This document shows positions 60,697 to 64,000 of a stretch of DNA of 64,000 bases, piece by piece; the first letter of the stretch is position 1, and each line of letters begins with the position of its first letter. A model generated the notes under the pieces. That model saw only the letters and a list, made by a program, of their open reading frames with translations. It was not told the origin of the DNA and did not search any database. Both the position numbers and the translations under genes were made by a program. Source of the stretch: Squalus acanthias (lineage: Eukaryota); NCBI GenBank assembly GCA_030390025.1, contig CM059433.1, positions 133,982,001 through 134,046,000 on the forward strand, read 5' to 3'.

Positions 60697-63600
60697 TTAT
60701 TTTTATTCGTTCCTGGGATGTGGGCATCACTGGCAAGGCCAGCATTTATTCCCCATCCCTAATTGCCCTTGAGAAAGTTATGGTGAGCCACGTTCTTGAC
60801 CCGCTGCAGTCCTTGTGGTGAAGGTGCTCCCACAGTGCTGTTAGGGAGGGAGTTCCAGGATTTTGACCCAGCAACAATGAAGGAACAGCTATATATTTCC
60901 AAGTCAGGATGGTGTGAGACTTCACAGAATCACAGAATCCCCACAGTGCAGATAGAGGCCATTTCGGCCCATCGAGCCTGCACCGACACATATCCCACCC
61001 TATCCCCGTAACCCCACGTATTTAATCCCCCTAACACTAAGGGTCAATTTATCATAGCCAAATCAACCTAACCCGCACATCTTTGGACTGTGGGAGGAAA
61101 CCGGAGCACCCGGAGGAAACCCACGGACACGGGGAGAATGTGCAAACTCCAAACAGTCACCCGAGGCCAGATTCGAACCTGGGTCCCTGGCGCTGTGAGG
61201 CAACAGTGCTAACCACTATGCCACCGTGTTGACTTGGAGGGGAACTTGCAGGTGATGGTGTTCCCATGCGCCTGCTGCCCTTGTCCTTTCAGGTGGAAGA
61301 GGTCGCGAGTATGGGAGGTGCCGTCAAAGAAGCCTTGGCAAGTTGCTGAAGTGCATCTTGCAGATGGTACACACTGCAGTCACAGTGCACCGGTGGTGGA
61401 GGGAGTGAATGTTTAAGGTGGTGGATGAGGTGTAAATCAAGCAGGCTGTTTGTCCTGGATGATAACAAACTTCTTGAGTTGGAGCTGTACTCATCCAGGC
61501 AAGTGGAGAGTATTCCATCACACTCCTTACTTGTGCCTTGTAGATGGTGGAAAGGCTTTTGGGGGGTCAGGAGGTGAGACACTCGCCACAGAATACCCAG
61601 CCTCTGACCTGCTCTTGTGGCCACAGTATTTATGTGGCTGGTCCAGTTAAGTTTCTGGTCAATGGTGGGGAATTCACGATGGTAATGCCGTTGAATGTCA
61701 TGGGACGTTGGTTAGACTCTCGCTTGTTGGAGATAGTCATTGCCTGCCACTTGTGTGGCGCGAATGTTACTTGCCACTTATCAGCCCAAGCCTGAATGTC
61801 GTTCAGGTCTTGCTGCATGCGGGCATGGACTGCTTCATTTTCTGAGGAGTTGCGAATGGAACTGAACACTGGCAATCATCAGCGAACATCCCCACTTCTG
61901 ACCTTAAGATGGAGGAAAGGTCATTGAAGAAGCAGCTGAAGATGGTTGGGCCTAGGACACTGCCCTGAGGAACTCCTGCAGCGATGTCCTGGAGCTGAGA
62001 TGATTGACCTCCAACAACAATCTTCCTTTGTGCTTGATATGACTCCAGCCAGTGGAGAGTTTTCCTCCTGATTCCCAATGACTTCAGTTTTACTATGGCT
62101 CCTTCATGCCACACTCGGTCAAATGCTGCCTTGATGTCCAGGTCAGTCACTCTCACCTCACCTCTGAAATTCAGCTCTTTTGTCCATGTTTGGCCCAAGG
62201 TTGTAATGAGGCCTGGAGCTGAGTGGTCCTGGCGGAACCCAAACTGAGCATCTGTGAGCAGGTTATTGGCGAGCAAGTGCCACTTGATAGCACTATCGAC
62301 AACACCTTCCATCACTTTGCTGACGATTGAGAGTAGACTGATGGGGCAGTAATTGGCCGGATTGGATTAGTCCTGCTTTTTGTGGACAGGACATACCTGG
62401 GCAGTTCTCCACATTGTCAGGTAGATGCCAGTGTTGTAGCAGTACCTGAACAGCTTGGCTAGAGTCGCGGCTAGTTCTGGAGCACAAGTCTTCAGCACGA
62501 TAGCCGGGATGTTGTCAGGGCCCATAGCCTTTGCTGTATCCAGTGCACTCAGCCATTTCTTGATATCACGTGGAGTGAATCAAATTGGCTGAAGACTGGT
62601 TTCTGTGGTGGTGGGGACCTCAGGAGGAGGCTGATATGGATCATCCACTCAACACTTCTGGCTGAAAATGGTTCCAAACGCTTCAGCCTTGTCTTTTGCA
62701 CTCACGTGCTGGGCTCCAAATCATTGAGGAAGGGGATCTTCATGGAGCCTCCTCCTCCCGTTAGTTGTTTAATGGTCCACCACCATTCACGACTGGATGT
62801 GGCAGGACTGCAGAGCTTTGATCTGATCTGTTGATTGTGGGATCGCTTAGCTCTGTCTATAGCATGCTGTGTTGCAGCTTCCCCAGGTTGGCACCTCATT
62901 TTTAGGTACGCCTGGTGCTGTTGCTGGCATGCTCTTCTACACTCCTTATTGAACCAGAGTTGGTCCCCTGGCTTGGTGGTAATGGTAGAGTGAGGGATAT
63001 GCCGGGCCATGAGGTTACAGATTGTGGCGGAATACAATTCTGCTTCTGCTGATGGCCCACAGCTCCTCATGGATGCCCAGTTTTGAGCTGCTAGATCTGT
63101 TCTGAATCTAGTGATGTTCAACATGGAGGAGTACTGATTCATCAGCTGAGGGAAGGTGGCAGGTGGTAATCAGCAGGAGGTTTCCTTGCCTATGCTTGAC
63201 GTGAAGCCATGAGACTTCATGGGATCCTGAGTCAATGTTGAGGACTCTCAGGGCCACTCCCTCCCGACTGTATATCACTTGCCGCCACCTCTGGTGGGTC
63301 TGTCCTGCCGGTGGGACAGGACATACCCAGGGATGGTGGAGGAGGAGTCTGGGACATTGGCTGAAAGGTTTGCTGCTATGCACATGACTATGTCAGGCTG
63401 TTGCTTGACTAGTGTGTGGGACAGCCAATTTTGACACAAGTCCCCAGATGTTAGTGAGGAGGACTTTGCAGGATTCACTGGGCTGGGTGTGCCGTTGTCA
63501 TGTCCGAAGCCGGTGCCAAAGTCGATGCCGGGTGGTCCGTCCGGTTTTATTCTTAAAATTGTTTGTTACAACTGAGTGGGTTGCTAAGCCATTTCGGAGG

Positions 63601-63871
63601 GCAGTCAAGAGTCAACCACATTGCTGTGGGTCTGGAGTCACCTCTAGGCCAGAGCAGACGGCAGATTTCCTTCCCTTAAGGGCATCAGTGGATTTTTATG
63701 ACAATCTGATAATTTCATGGTCACCATTGCTGATACTAACTTTTTATTCCAGATTTATTTAAATAACTGAATTTAAACTCCCCAGCTGCCGTGGTGGGAT
63801 TTGAACTCACGTCTCTGGATCGTTAGTTCAGGCCTCTGGATTACTAGTCCAGTAACATAATCACTGCTACC
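60697..63871 (-). mobile_element. Apparently full-length CR1-group LINE with a tRNA-derived 5' head and a single disrupted APE-RT ORF
   Basis: Head 63560-63871. Endonuclease N-terminus (QQPDIV...IPGYVLSHRQDRPTRGGG) from about 63470, with its C-terminal half deleted at about 63108. RT motifs DIKAAFDRVWH, VPQGSVLGP and MFADD; GAAT plus poly-A tail. Confidence 0.85.
60923..61230 (-). mobile_element. Full-length HE1-like V-SINE inserted in the LINE
   Basis: tRNA head, V domain, CR1-type tail gatgggccgaaatggcc...gattctgtgattctgtg; TSD gactt at 60918-60922 / 61231-61235. Confidence 0.92.
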
Positions 63872-64000
63872 TGCATGAGTGGTGACCCACCCACAGGTAA
63901 ATCAGCATAGTTTTGGAGATAAGGGGTTCTTCCACTGGTAGATTTCTTCGTGTAGGGCTATGCTGTGAACAGGATTTGTGGCAAAAAGGGGAAGCTGTTG

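Noticed and set aside
1-64000. Host protein-coding genes, prokaryotic operons or defence systems, CRISPR arrays, rRNA or true tRNA genes
   Set aside because: All recognisable ORFs are LINE or Penelope fragments. There is no regularly spaced repeat-spacer array, and the tRNA-like sequences are SINE heads without a full cloverleaf.

Overview
This is AT-rich eukaryotic genomic DNA, almost certainly from a cartilaginous fish (shark-like). The evidence is the repeat content: an HE1-type V-SINE, a SacSINE1/AmnSINE-type DeuSINE and elasmobranch-type CR1 LINEs. I recognise no host protein-coding exon, so the window looks like a large intron or gene desert. About half of it is transposon-derived: many CR1 copies (one near full length), L2, RTE, a Penelope-like element with hammerhead ribozyme motifs, several SINE families and four DNA-transposon MITEs. 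These are separated by repeat-free islands that may be regulatory. Every ORF-track entry I can assign is a retrotransposon fragment; the rest look spurious. The most interesting observation is a second CR1-group LINE family whose longest copy (60697-63871, minus) begins with a tRNA-derived Pol III (A/B box) head and runs directly into an endonuclease-RT frame with no room for an ORF1. Three short SINE-like copies of the same head join the LINE 3' end at three different junctions, and the family's sense strand is nearly free of TTTT Pol III terminators. Family names come from recognition by eye, not database searches, and boundaries of old repeats are approximate.
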